Shown: positions 49,226 through 58,846, counted from the stretch's first letter. The stretch is 64,000 bases of DNA from Candidatus Micrarchaeota archaeon (GCA_964579265.1 CAZOFO010000002.1:1-64000); one strand, 5' to 3'. The notes: generated by a model not told the origin, from the sequence alone. Numbers and translations are program-made.

Positions 49226-49552
49226 GTGATACCTATGTTAACCCCCATTTTCTTTAAGGAAAAACCAGTGCGAGCCCTTGCCTCTTTGGCCAATGATGAC
49301 AAAGCTTGGTACGCTTCCTTATTAGCAAAGGAAATAGACTGTACTCGCCCACATATGAATAATATCTTAGATAAATTCCATAAACATAATTTAATAGAGA
49401 CTGAAGAAGAAGGAAGGATAAAAAGGATATCTCTAACATCTCAAGGCGAGGATTTAGCAATAGAATTCCAAAATTTGCTTAGAAGAATGGAAAGAATTGA
49501 TGAAAAATCTCAAATGGAGCCAGAGAGCGAAGGGGAATCAGATGAAGAATAA
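49226..49552 (+). CDS. MarR-like winged-helix protein
   Basis: KPVRAL..YASLLAKEIDCTRPHM..LDKF..LIETEEEGRIKRISLT.QG. Confidence 0.85.
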   Translation: MIPMLTPIFFKEKPVRALASLANDDKAWYASLLAKEIDCTRPHMNNILDKFHKHNLIETEEEGRIKRISLTSQGEDLAIEFQNLLRRMERIDEKSQMEPESEGESDEE

Positions 49553-50246
49553 TGAAAATCTTAAAACCCGATACGCTACTTTGGATGATGTGCCTAAGTT
49601 ACTGGACCACCCCGGAGAATTTGAATTCTCTACAAAATATTTGCATGAAGCGATTAGATCCAGTAGACAAGGTATAATTATTTTAGAGGAAAATGAAGAA
49701 ATAAAAGCATTTGTACATGTTAGAAGAGGAGCAGAAGGAATTAAAATAGATAGTTACGGGTTTAGAAATAAAGAAGAAATAATTAAGCTACTTTCAGAAG
49801 TTGAATCTCTGACTATTGATCTTCCAATATACATATATGTTGATAAAAAGGATAAAGATATTTCTTTATTCAAAAAAGCAGGGTATAAAGAAGAATTAGA
49901 AACAGAAGACGGACAAGTAAAGCTGGTTAAACCTTGGTTGAAGATCCACGAAGACCGTAAAAAAGAACTGATATTTAAAGAAAAAGCTGAAGAAGCTAGA
50001 AAACAGCATGAGAAGATTTATCCTATATCCAAAGGCAGAATAAGTAATCTTGAATCTAATCTAATAATTTTAGAGAAAATAATAGAAGAAATGAGAGAAG
50101 AAGAGAAGGAAGAATCTTCTGATACGTCTAAGGAATCTAAAATGGAAAAGAAAGAGGATTTAGTCTCTTGTCCTATATGTGGAGATGAATTCGAAACTGA
50201 AAGAGGTATGAAAATCCATAAGACGAAAATGCACGGTTCTTCTTGA
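49542..50246 (+). CDS. Degenerate GNAT-like domain plus C-terminal C2H2 zinc finger
   Basis: RYATLDDVP...LFKKAGY; CPICGDEFETERGMKIHKTKMH. Confidence 0.65.
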   Translation: MKNNENLKTRYATLDDVPKLLDHPGEFEFSTKYLHEAIRSSRQGIIILEENEEIKAFVHVRRGAEGIKIDSYGFRNKEEIIKLLSEVESLTIDLPIYIYVDKKDKDISLFKKAGYKEELETEDGQVKLVKPWLKIHEDRKKELIFKEKAEEARKQHEKIYPISKGRISNLESNLIILEKIIEEMREEEKEESSDTSKESKMEKKEDLVSCPICGDEFETERGMKIHKTKMHGSS

Positions 50247-50247
50247 T

Positions 50248-50682
50248 TTATTCTTTTTTCTTTTTACTTATCTTTTTTTGTCTTTTGTGTATAGTTTCCC
50301 AACAGTTTGCTATCTCTTTTAACGTTTTGCTAAATTCCAAGGTTGTATGTATCCCTTTTTCCTGGGTTTTCTTTATCAATCCTCTTCTTTTCAGCATAGG
50401 GATCACCTTGTTCTGTATTGTAGATTTAGAATGTCCTTTCTCTTCTGTTAAGTGTTTCATTAATTCTTTTCTAGGTACTCCTTGGAAATTTTCTGGTTCC
50501 AACAAGTAATTTATCAGGTCTTTAGCTACTTCAGTAGATACTGGGTTAACATGGCTTGGATATATGTGTTCTATTATGTCTTCGGTTATTACGTGGTCCT
50601 TTTGTAGTTCTGTTGATGCTGATTCTAGATATAAGGCATTTTTTCTATTTATTTTTGCTGAATATTCTGGTGGTTTTGCCAT
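50248..50682 (-). CDS. Putative winged-helix protein
   Basis: GHSKSTIQNKVIPMLKRRGLIKK..LEFSKTL..ANCW; GAGGTGA SD. Confidence 0.65.
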   Translation of the reverse strand: MAKPPEYSAKINRKNALYLESASTELQKDHVITEDIIEHIYPSHVNPVSTEVAKDLINYLLEPENFQGVPRKELMKHLTEEKGHSKSTIQNKVIPMLKRRGLIKKTQEKGIHTTLEFSKTLKEIANCWETIHKRQKKISKKKKE

Positions 50683-50901
50683 TTTTTCACCTCTTTATTT
50701 TAATTTATATTTATCACACTGTTCCGGTATAAATTTGTTTTGGTTGTTGGTTTTTTCGGTGTTTTCCCATGTTTTTCGATTGTTTAGGCGAGGGTTCTGG
50801 GTAGAAAAACATTCATACACACCGGGCCCGTGTGTTGTTGTGTTCTTCTGAATTTGTCTCTTCAGATTCGTTATACTGGTTCGGTGTGATATAATTTGTT
50901 A

Positions 50902-51681
50902 TTATAGATGTGTTAGTTTATTTCCATAATACCATAGTAGGTAGATTAGTAGACCTACTAAGAAGAATATGATGAATAGTGGAACTAAGAACCCCATTAT
51001 AGGTACGCCTGTTGCTCTTTTCACCGGATCTGTTTCAGGGTGTTCTTCCGGATAAGGTTCTTCTAAAAGTTCTTCTTCCTCTTCTTCAGTTAGGTTTAAT
51101 GCTTCTTCTTCCATTGCTTGTTCTGTTTGCATATGTTCAGGAGGAGTTATTTCTCCTCTCATTGTTGTTGCTGCTATGAAGATTGCTGTTATTAAGAATC
51201 CGAGTATTATGATGATTGAGATTGGTTTCAGTACTTTTGGTTTTTTGACTTTTCTTTCTTTTTGTAGTTCTCTTTCTCTTTCTTCTTCTATCTGGGTTTT
51301 TGAGTCTTTTGGTCTTATATCCTCTACTTCGCTTGCAGGAATTTGTACTTTAACTGATCCTTCGTATCCACAGTCTTTGCAGTAGAATTTATTTGGTGCT
51401 CCTAGGCCTATTATTGTTTTTACTGATCTAGAATCCATTGAAGCGTATTCTAACCTTGGGCTACCACAACTAGGGCAGATTTGAACTTTTTTACCTTCTT
51501 TCTTTTCTTGCTCTTTAGTCTTTTTTTCTTTTTCCTTCTTCTGCTTTTCTTCTTGTTTTTTAGCCTTTTTTTCCTTTTCTTTCTCTTCTTTTTCATCTTC
51601 TTTATCGTGTACTCTTGCTTTGTGGATCTTAACGCCTCTTTCATTCTTTAATTCTTTCCCACATATGTCACATTTGGCCAT
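50902..51681 (-). CDS. N-terminal C2H2 finger, K/E linker, Cys4 Zn ribbon, two-TM membrane protein
   Basis: CDICGKELKNERGVKIHKARVH; CPSCGS...CKDCGY; two hydrophobic helices. Confidence 0.75.
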   Translation of the reverse strand: MAKCDICGKELKNERGVKIHKARVHDKEDEKEEKEKEKKAKKQEEKQKKEKEKKTKEQEKKEGKKVQICPSCGSPRLEYASMDSRSVKTIIGLGAPNKFYCKDCGYEGSVKVQIPASEVEDIRPKDSKTQIEEERERELQKERKVKKPKVLKPISIIIILGFLITAIFIAATTMRGEITPPEHMQTEQAMEEEALNLTEEEEEELLEEPYPEEHPETDPVKRATGVPIMGFLVPLFIIFFLVGLLIYLLWYYGNKLTHL

Positions 51682-52070
51682 GCTTAACTCCTTACTTATG
51701 ATAGTGGAGCGTATAATAAAAGCTTATCCCTACTTTTTCTTGTTTTACCCTTGCTTCCCGTCCATTGATAATATGTATTTTATAAAATGTATTTTAATAT
51801 AAGGCCAAAAACACGATAATTATAATTTAAATTATAAAATAAAGTTTAAAGAAAATCGATGTTATTCTCTAATATGTATAATGGATTTTATAAAAAATAG
51901 TTTCGGCGGATCAGGCCGGAGAAAATGAAATCTCTACAAAGTAATTGCAAAGAGGGTTTTCCACCTGATTTACCCTTGTTAGAATTTGCGGTTGAAATTC
52001 TAGGGTCTCACGTTTCGAAAATTAGTCATGAGTCTTCTGGAGCTGGTGTGAAAAGGGTGAAAACCGGGTT

Positions 52071-52083
52071 TTTAGGCACTACA
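52071..52083 (-). repeat. TGTAGTGCCTAA copy forming the last codons (C-S-A-stop) of the GNAT-PssA gene
   Basis: TTTAGGCACTACA on the + strand. Confidence 0.85.
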
Positions 52084-53202
52084 TTCTTCTTTTTCTTCTC
52101 CTTCTTCCAGTTGAACCGGTTCTATAGGGAACTTGATGTGGCTTACCATTAATAGGCTTATCAAAAATGTGATTAATATCACTGGGTAGAATCCGGGAGA
52201 AAGGAAGTAAATTACTGGATAAAGTACTCCTGTAGCTGTCCCTGGGAGACCTATAAAGTGCTTTCCATTCGGTTCTCTTGTTTGGAATCTAGCTAATCTA
52301 AGCACTTCAGCTATAAGTATGGATAATGCTGAGGCGTGAAGTAAAACAGTTTGAACCAAATTCTGAGGATTTAACCACGTCAATAGTAATATAGCAGGTG
52401 CTGCTCCGAATGAAACCAGGTCTGCTATATCTATTCTTTTCCCAAATTCTGTAGGTTTTGAGATCCTCCTCGCTACTTCTCCATCGAGCACGTCCATCGT
52501 TACTGCCAGTATCAGGAAGGATGATCCCGCTGTAAATCTTCCTTGAATGAATAGAAAGATTGAATAGATTCCGAAAACAGAGTTTAGGAGTGATATTATG
52601 TCTTTTCCCATCATGAAGTTGGTTATTTTGTTCTTTTTAGACATCCTTGGCATTCTTTCTTTCTCTATCCCTATCGATTCTAGGTATTTTTCTAGATCGT
52701 AAAATTCTTTTAGAGGGTGCGTGCTTCCTTTTTCAACCCCTAGTCTTTTCCCTAGTATCATAACAGTGTTCTCTGGTAATGGTTTTGGACTTATCTTTTC
52801 CAGGACTTTCCTCACTCTTGTTTTTTTGAATGTATTCTCTCCTAATTCTTCGATTATAGTATGATATCCTCTTTTCTTGTGTAAATTTAATGAAATTTCA
52901 TTTTCTCTGTGTATCCCTATCAGACAGATCTTTGCTCCTTTTTCTTCTAATCTCTCCTCCATTTTTTCTTCTAGATATTCTCCTGCTCCTTGTCCTCTCC
53001 AATTTTCCTTGATAAATAATGCTCCCATGCTCCCTATCTTCTTGAAGAATGTTTGGATGTACCCGCATCCGATTGTATATCCTTCGTGTTTCAGTAGAAA
53101 GTACTCTCTTTTTTCTGAATTTTTTCCTGGGCTCGTGATGTAAGGGTGATTGGAGCACATTCCTTCAATTTTCTCTACTTCTTCTGTTCTTTCGACTTTC
53201 AT
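52072..53202 (-). CDS. GNAT acetyltransferase fused to CDP-alcohol phosphatidyltransferase (PssA/archaetidylserine synthase-like)
   Basis: LFIKENWRGQGAG..N..SL.LH.KRGY; DVLDGEVARR..FG..D.AD.VSFGAAP; LRLARF, FIGLP, LMVS. Confidence 0.8.
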   Translation of the reverse strand: MKVERTEEVEKIEGMCSNHPYITSPGKNSEKREYFLLKHEGYTIGCGYIQTFFKKIGSMGALFIKENWRGQGAGEYLEEKMEERLEEKGAKICLIGIHRENEISLNLHKKRGYHTIIEELGENTFKKTRVRKVLEKISPKPLPENTVMILGKRLGVEKGSTHPLKEFYDLEKYLESIGIEKERMPRMSKKNKITNFMMGKDIISLLNSVFGIYSIFLFIQGRFTAGSSFLILAVTMDVLDGEVARRISKPTEFGKRIDIADLVSFGAAPAILLLTWLNPQNLVQTVLLHASALSILIAEVLRLARFQTREPNGKHFIGLPGTATGVLYPVIYFLSPGFYPVILITFLISLLMVSHIKFPIEPVQLEEGEEKEECSA

Positions 53203-53254
53203 TGGTTGTTTAACCTCTTATAGATATAAAATAATTTCTATGGTGTTTATTTTA

Positions 53255-53812
53255 TTAGACTTTGAATTCTTCTAGATCCTTGTCGGAGAGTATTTTTTCC
53301 CAGTTCTTCTTATATTGACTATATTTTTCTTCGAATTTCTTATTAGAGGTTTTCTCTATCTCAAGTTCTTCCAAAGCACTTTCTAGGTTTTTCTGAATTT
53401 TTTCATGGTCTTCTTCCTCTTCACACATTTTTTCTATCTCTATAATTTTCCCGTAGCCAGGGGTTTGGTCTATGCATACTGTGAGGCCCTTCCAGTTGAA
53501 TTTATGTCTTTTTCTATACCATTTTATCTCTACTTCGTACCCTAGGCTCTTCAAAAGTTTCTCTAGTTCTTTGAAGTCTTCTTTATTGAATTCTACTTCT
53601 ATTTCTTCCCTGTTATCCTCGTGTATTTTCCCTTCTTTTAACCAGAGTTTTGAAAATTTTTTATTCTTCTGTATTCTAAGGTCTTTTTCCCCTGTAAAAT
53701 AATATGTTACTTGTTTGTCTTCTTTAATCTTCTCAGCTTTTTCATTCATTTTATAGAGGAGTTCCTCGTACTCTTTGTCCGATATGAAGCTCCTTGTCTC
53801 CACTTCTTTCAT
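53255..53812 (-). CDS. CYTH/triphosphate tunnel metalloenzyme family protein
   Basis: EVETR, Q..YY, LRI, REEIE, RKR, EIE. Confidence 0.85.
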   Translation of the reverse strand: MKEVETRSFISDKEYEELLYKMNEKAEKIKEDKQVTYYFTGEKDLRIQKNKKFSKLWLKEGKIHEDNREEIEVEFNKEDFKELEKLLKSLGYEVEIKWYRKRHKFNWKGLTVCIDQTPGYGKIIEIEKMCEEEEDHEKIQKNLESALEELEIEKTSNKKFEEKYSQYKKNWEKILSDKDLEEFKV

Positions 53813-53898
53813 TTAGAATTCCTCATTTCTTTATTGTTTTTTTCATTTTTAGATTTTAGGGATATGATTAAATTTCTGGAAACACAGAAAATATATTA

Positions 53899-55260
53899 GT
53901 GATTTATATGAATGAATCTGAAGTTAAACTGATAGCTACATCTAAGGGAACTGAAAATGATGTCCTAGGTCCGGAGGAATTGACTGCTTATGGGGCATAC
54001 GGATGTTTTGAACAGGGGGCTTCCTATGAGGTCTTCAAAGAACACTACAAAGGGAATACTGAAGAAGAGTTTAAAGAGGAGGTAAAAGAGGTTCTAAAAC
54101 AAAGTGCGGGAAGAGGACACGGAGCAGTAGCTGATCAGAACGCTTTTACTTTTTCTATAAAAAACTTACCAAGAGCAGCTACTCTTCAGCTTTGCCTACC
54201 TGAATATTTGATGCATCTGCAGCAATCGATGAGAAGAGCAACTGCAGAGAGAGGATACGTCCTTCCGGACGAGATCAAGAATTCAGATATGTATGAAGAA
54301 GTAAAAGAAGTGCTAGACAATGCATTTGAAACTTACATGGAGCTAGTTGAAAACGAAATACCGAAAGAAGATGCTAGATTCCTCCTACCTCTCTATACTA
54401 GGACCAATATACAGACAACTGGAAATGCCAGAGAACTAATGCATCTGCACCACATGACAAAGAAAGAACCCGTTCCAACACCAGTAAAAGAAATAATAGA
54501 CGAGATGATAGAACAAGCAAGAGAAAAAGCACCTAACACTTTCAAGGACTGGGGTCACAACTACGAAAGACTCGCCTGGTACCCTTCAGCTCAGTTATAC
54601 GCTGAAGAGAATGCGACTCTGAACAAGATAATAGAGGAATACGATTATCCTGAAGAGACCACTTATGTTGAAAAAGAATTATCTGAAGAAGCAATTGAAA
54701 AGGCTGTGGAGCAGAGAAACGAAGCTGAACTATCCAACCTGAAACACATACACAACGGAAGCAAGGTAGAAGGATTCCTAGCACCGATGTCGATAGCCTG
54801 CTATCATCAATCCACCAGACAGAGAACATGGAACCACGCTGTAGAGTCCTTCTACGACGCTGCAGAAAGAGGAAACATGGTGGTGCCACCTACAGTGAAG
54901 AATTCAGAGTACACAGAGAAATTCAAGGAACAACACAGAGAAATGATCCGACTCTACAAAAAACTAATCAGCAAAGGGATATCCAAAAAAGAAGCAATAG
55001 GAGTAATACCTCATTCTGTCGAAATGTACGACTTTATACACGTCAATGGATGGAACTCCATACACTCCATAGGAAAAAGAACCTGTACAAAAGCCCAATG
55101 GGAAATAAGAAGTATAGCAAACAACATAGCAGAAAAGATAAGAGAAAAAAACCCGGCACTAGGAAAATACACCTATCCACAAGGAGTAGTGTACGGAGAG
55201 TGTCCGGAAGCAGATCCTTGTGATCTCTGCGAAAAAATAAGAAAACAAAGAGAAGAATAG
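53899..55260 (+). CDS. thyX: Flavin-dependent thymidylate synthase ThyX, duplicated-domain type
   Basis: RGHGAV, QQSMRR, KEDARFLLP, NAREL, second repeat RQR...RTC..AQWEIR; adjacent to glyA. Confidence 0.82.
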   Translation: MIYMNESEVKLIATSKGTENDVLGPEELTAYGAYGCFEQGASYEVFKEHYKGNTEEEFKEEVKEVLKQSAGRGHGAVADQNAFTFSIKNLPRAATLQLCLPEYLMHLQQSMRRATAERGYVLPDEIKNSDMYEEVKEVLDNAFETYMELVENEIPKEDARFLLPLYTRTNIQTTGNARELMHLHHMTKKEPVPTPVKEIIDEMIEQAREKAPNTFKDWGHNYERLAWYPSAQLYAEENATLNKIIEEYDYPEETTYVEKELSEEAIEKAVEQRNEAELSNLKHIHNGSKVEGFLAPMSIACYHQSTRQRTWNHAVESFYDAAERGNMVVPPTVKNSEYTEKFKEQHREMIRLYKKLISKGISKKEAIGVIPHSVEMYDFIHVNGWNSIHSIGKRTCTKAQWEIRSIANNIAEKIREKNPALGKYTYPQGVVYGECPEADPCDLCEKIRKQREE

Positions 55261-55288
55261 CACATAGATGATACATAGAGGTTACTAT

Positions 55289-56522
55289 ATGCCAGAAGCA
55301 ATGAAAAAAAAAAGATCCAGAGATAAATAAAGCTGTAGAAAAAGAACTGGAAAGACAGAGAAAACAGTTAGGTATGATAGCTTCCGAAAACTTAGCTGGA
55401 AAAGCTGTTCTAGAAGCACAAGGAAGCGTATTAACTAATAAATACGCTGAAGGGCTTCCAGGAGACAGGTACTACGGAGGGTGCGAGAACGTAGACGTAG
55501 TAGAAGAAAAAGCAATAGAAAGAGCAAAAAAACTATTCAATGCAGAGCACGTCAACGTACAACCTCATTCCGGAACCCAGGCCAACATGGCAGCTTACTT
55601 CTCAGTACTGGAACCAGGAGACACTATCCTAGGACCAAAACTCAGCCATGGAGGACACCTAAGCCACGGTTCACCCTGGAGCTTCTCCGGAAAACTATTC
55701 GAAAAGATAGAGTACAAAGTAGACAGAGAAACTGAAAGATGGAACCACGAAAAGATAAAAGAAATGGCTAGAGAACACGAACCCGACCTAATTCTCACAG
55801 GATACAGCGCCTACCCCAGACAAATAGATTTCAAAGCCTTCAAAGAAGCAGCAGAGATAGCGGACGCTTACCTAATGGCAGATATTGCCCACATCGCAGG
55901 CCTAGTAGCGGCAGGTGAACACCCAAAACCCTTCCCCGAAGCAGACATAGTCACAGGAACAACACATAAAACGCTAAAAGGAGCCAGAGGAGGATTCATA
56001 CTGTGCAAAGAAGAACTAGGCGAAGAAATAAATCTCTCAGTGTTCCCTGAAATCCAAGGAGGACCGATGATGCACGCGATAGCAGGAAAAGCAATAACAT
56101 TCAAACAAGCGATGACAAAAGAATTCAAAAAATATCAGAAACAAGTGGTAAAGAACTCTAAAGAACTCGCCCAAACTCTAGAGAAAGAAGAAATGAAAAT
56201 AATCACAGGAGGAACGGACACCCACCTAGTCTTAGCCGACGTAACTTCCTTAAACATAACTGGAAAAGAAGCAGAAGACAAACTACAAGACATAGGAATA
56301 GTTTTAAACAAAAACACCATCCCCTACGACAAAAGAGAACCTGAAGATCCTAGTGGAATAAGAATAGGAACACCTATACTAACAGAAAGAGGTATGAAAG
56401 AACCAGAAATGAAAAAAATTGGGAAAGCAATTATTAAAACATTAAAGGAAGAATCAAAAGAACAAAAAATCAAAGAGCAAGTTAAAAACCTTTGTAAGAA
56501 TTTCCCACTTCCCTACCAGTAA
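55289..56522 (+). CDS. glyA: Serine hydroxymethyltransferase (bacterial type); apparent +1 frameshift in A10 tract 55304-55313
   Basis: LTNKYAEG, NVQPHSG, GGHLSHG, TTHKTL; conserved DPEI..E..RQ..L.MIASEN lies upstream of 55374 with no in-frame start. Confidence 0.93.
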
Positions 56523-56574
56523 ACAAACATACAGATATTAATCCCAATTCCCAAATTACAAACAGGTGATACTA

Positions 56575-57159
56575 ATGAACGAAACAATGAAAAATCTTGT
56601 AAAAGCATTTATAGGAGAAAGTCAAGCCAGAAACAGATACAATATCTACTCAAAAAGAGCAAAGAAAGAAGGATACGAACAGATAGCGGAAATATTCAAT
56701 AAAACAGCCGAACAGGAAAGACAGCACGCAAAATGGTTATTCAGACTAATAAACGAAGTAAAAGAAGATGAAGAAGGAGATTTATCCGAAATAGAAGTAC
56801 AGGCATCAGCACCAACCACACTAGGAGATACAAAGGAAAATCTAAAAGCAGCTATAGACGGAGAACACTACGAAAACACCGAGATGTATCCAAGCTTCGC
56901 GGAAAAAGCCCAAGAAGAAGGATACCCAGAAATAGCTAAAAGACTGAGAGCAATAGCAAGAGCGGAAGAACACCACGAAAACAGGTACAAAAAACTCCTA
57001 AAAGAAGTAAGAGAAGGAACAGTCCACGAAAAACAAGAAAAGAAACAATGGGTATGCAGAAAATGCGGATACGTACACGAAGGAAGAAAACCACCGGAAG
57101 AATGCCCATCATGCAGCCACCCAACAGAATACTTCCAGCTAAAATGCGAAGAATATTGA
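56575..57159 (+). CDS. rbr: Rubrerythrin
   Basis: [37 protein letters not shown]. Confidence 0.95.
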   Translation: MNETMKNLVKAFIGESQARNRYNIYSKRAKKEGYEQIAEIFNKTAEQERQHAKWLFRLINEVKEDEEGDLSEIEVQASAPTTLGDTKENLKAAIDGEHYENTEMYPSFAEKAQEEGYPEIAKRLRAIARAEEHHENRYKKLLKEVREGTVHEKQEKKQWVCRKCGYVHEGRKPPEECPSCSHPTEYFQLKCEEY

Positions 57160-57181
57160 AAAAAAAGGAGAAGGTTTTGAA

Positions 57182-57568
57182 ATGACCAACAAAGGCGAAA
57201 TATACAAATGCGAAATCTGCGGAAACATAGTGGAAGTAATACACGAAGGAGTAGGAGAACTAGTATGCTGCGGAGAATCAATGGAACTGCTGGAACCACA
57301 AACAGAAGACAAAGGATACGAAAAACACGTCCCAGTAATAGAAGAAACGGATAAAGGAATCAAAGCCAAAGTAGGATCAAATCCACATCCAATGGAAGAA
57401 AAACACTACATAGAATGGATACAAGTAAAACTAAAGAACGGTAAATCATACAGAAAATACCTGGAACCGGACAAAAAACCAGAAGCAGAATTCCCAGTGA
57501 AAAAAGAGGATATAGAAAAGATCAGAGAATACTGCAATGTGCACGGCCTGTGGAAAAACGAAATTTAG
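57182..57568 (+). CDS. dfx: Desulfoferrodoxin (2Fe superoxide reductase)
   Basis: [33 protein letters not shown]. Confidence 0.95.
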   Translation: MTNKGEIYKCEICGNIVEVIHEGVGELVCCGESMELLEPQTEDKGYEKHVPVIEETDKGIKAKVGSNPHPMEEKHYIEWIQVKLKNGKSYRKYLEPDKKPEAEFPVKKEDIEKIREYCNVHGLWKNEI

Positions 57569-57583
57569 AAAAAGTGATCTACA

Positions 57584-57868
57584 ATGTTATCTGAAATACC
57601 TATAGATCTGGATAAAATAGATCAAGAGGATATAGACAAAGAGATACTCCGCAAAAGCCTGTTAGCAGAGCTAGACGCAATAGACCTATACGAACAAATG
57701 GCAAACATGACAAATGACGAAAACATTAAGAAAGTTCTCCTGGACGTAGCAGAAGAGGAAAAAGAACACGTAGGAGAATTCCAGGAAATGCTACTAAGAA
57801 GAGATAAAGAACAAGTAGAACAAATGAAAGAAGGAAAAGAAGAAGTAAAAGAACTAACAGGTAAATAA
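57584..57868 (+). CDS. Short ferritin-like protein (encapsulated-ferritin-like)
   Basis: AELDAIDLYEQ..EEEKEHVGEF. Confidence 0.85.
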   Translation: MLSEIPIDLDKIDQEDIDKEILRKSLLAELDAIDLYEQMANMTNDENIKKVLLDVAEEEKEHVGEFQEMLLRRDKEQVEQMKEGKEEVKELTGK

Positions 57869-57880
57869 AACCCCTTTCTT

Positions 57881-58477
57881 TTATTTTTCTTTTGTTTTAT
57901 CTTCCCTTATCTTAGCAGAAACTATATTCTCGTGCAGTTCATTCAGAACTTTTCTAGCTACATCTTGCTTTCTCTTCAGATTTGGGACAACTGAGTTAGG
58001 GTAGCTGAATTTTCTGAACTTCACGTAAAGTTTCTCGAGTTCTTTTTCCATATCTTCAGCTTCATTTATCTTTCCTTCTCCAAGCTTGTCCATTGCGTGC
58101 CTCTTCAATTCTCCTATTGCATCTCCCAGCCCTGTAAGATAGTACTTTGGAGGCACGTCTAGTTCAGGTAATTTTCTTTTCTCTAAATAGTTTTTGAGTA
58201 TGCATAATTCCGCGTATTCCTGGTAGCTCTTTCCAAGAGCCTTATCCTTCAGCACAGGGTATTTTTCTAGTTTTTCTTCACATTTCTTTATTATCCTTTC
58301 AGATTCTTTTTTCTTCTCTTCTGCTTTTTCGAACTCATTCTGATGTATGTGCTTCACTCCTTCCTGGCATAGAGGCAATATGTCTCTTCGTTCCTTTAAA
58401 ACCTTTTCTCTCTTTTCATACGCTTCCTCTAGTTCTTCTTCAATCTTATCTAGCATTTGTTTCACCATATTTAGCAT
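57881..58477 (-). CDS. Translin/TRAX-family protein
   Basis: QEYAE, YLTGLGDAIGELKR, LKRKQDVAR. Confidence 0.88.
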   Translation of the reverse strand: MLNMVKQMLDKIEEELEEAYEKREKVLKERRDILPLCQEGVKHIHQNEFEKAEEKKKESERIIKKCEEKLEKYPVLKDKALGKSYQEYAELCILKNYLEKRKLPELDVPPKYYLTGLGDAIGELKRHAMDKLGEGKINEAEDMEKELEKLYVKFRKFSYPNSVVPNLKRKQDVARKVLNELHENIVSAKIREDKTKEK

Positions 58478-58512
58478 TATAATTTTGTTTTTTCGCTCTA
58501 TATATTTTTTAT

Positions 58513-58827
58513 CTACTCTATTAAGATTTTAGGGTTTCTATAAATTACCTTTACTTCTTTTCCCTTTCTCTTTTTTTCCACCAGGCCAACGAACTCCAGT
58601 GTGTTCACGTCTCGAGAAACTGCTGATATCTTCCTATCTGTTTTTTCAGCGATTTCGCTCACGGACAACGAGTCCTCTGATCTCAGTAGCTCGTATATCT
58701 CGTTTTTCTTTGGGGTGAATATCTTGCCAGCTACCTTTGGCTTTATCGCTACTACTGGCCTGTCCGATTTCTTTGCTTCCATTAATCCTTTCTCCAGGTC
58801 AGTTATTGTTCTCATTTCTTTTTCCAT
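58513..58827 (-). CDS. HTH antitoxin-like regulator
   Basis: IFTPKKNEIY..SVSEIAEKTDRKISAVSRDVNTLE..GLV. Confidence 0.8.
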   Translation of the reverse strand: MEKEMRTITDLEKGLMEAKKSDRPVVAIKPKVAGKIFTPKKNEIYELLRSEDSLSVSEIAEKTDRKISAVSRDVNTLEFVGLVEKKRKGKEVKVIYRNPKILIE

Positions 58828-58846
58828 TATCTCACACCTCTATCCT

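Noticed and set aside
49588..49598. Partial motif TGTGCCTAA (and other TGTAGTGC partials inside CDSs)
   Set aside because: Matches of only 8-9 bp within coding sequence, compatible with chance
45946..52000. Provirus or integrative element at tRNA-iMet
   Set aside because: No integrase, capsid or packaging genes, and I saw no duplicated tRNA 3' end; kept only as a fallback explanation
52071..52083. Integron attC core site (GCCTAA overlapping a stop codon)
   Set aside because: Lacks the invariant AAC/GTT triplets and a paired attC hairpin; no integron integrase in the window
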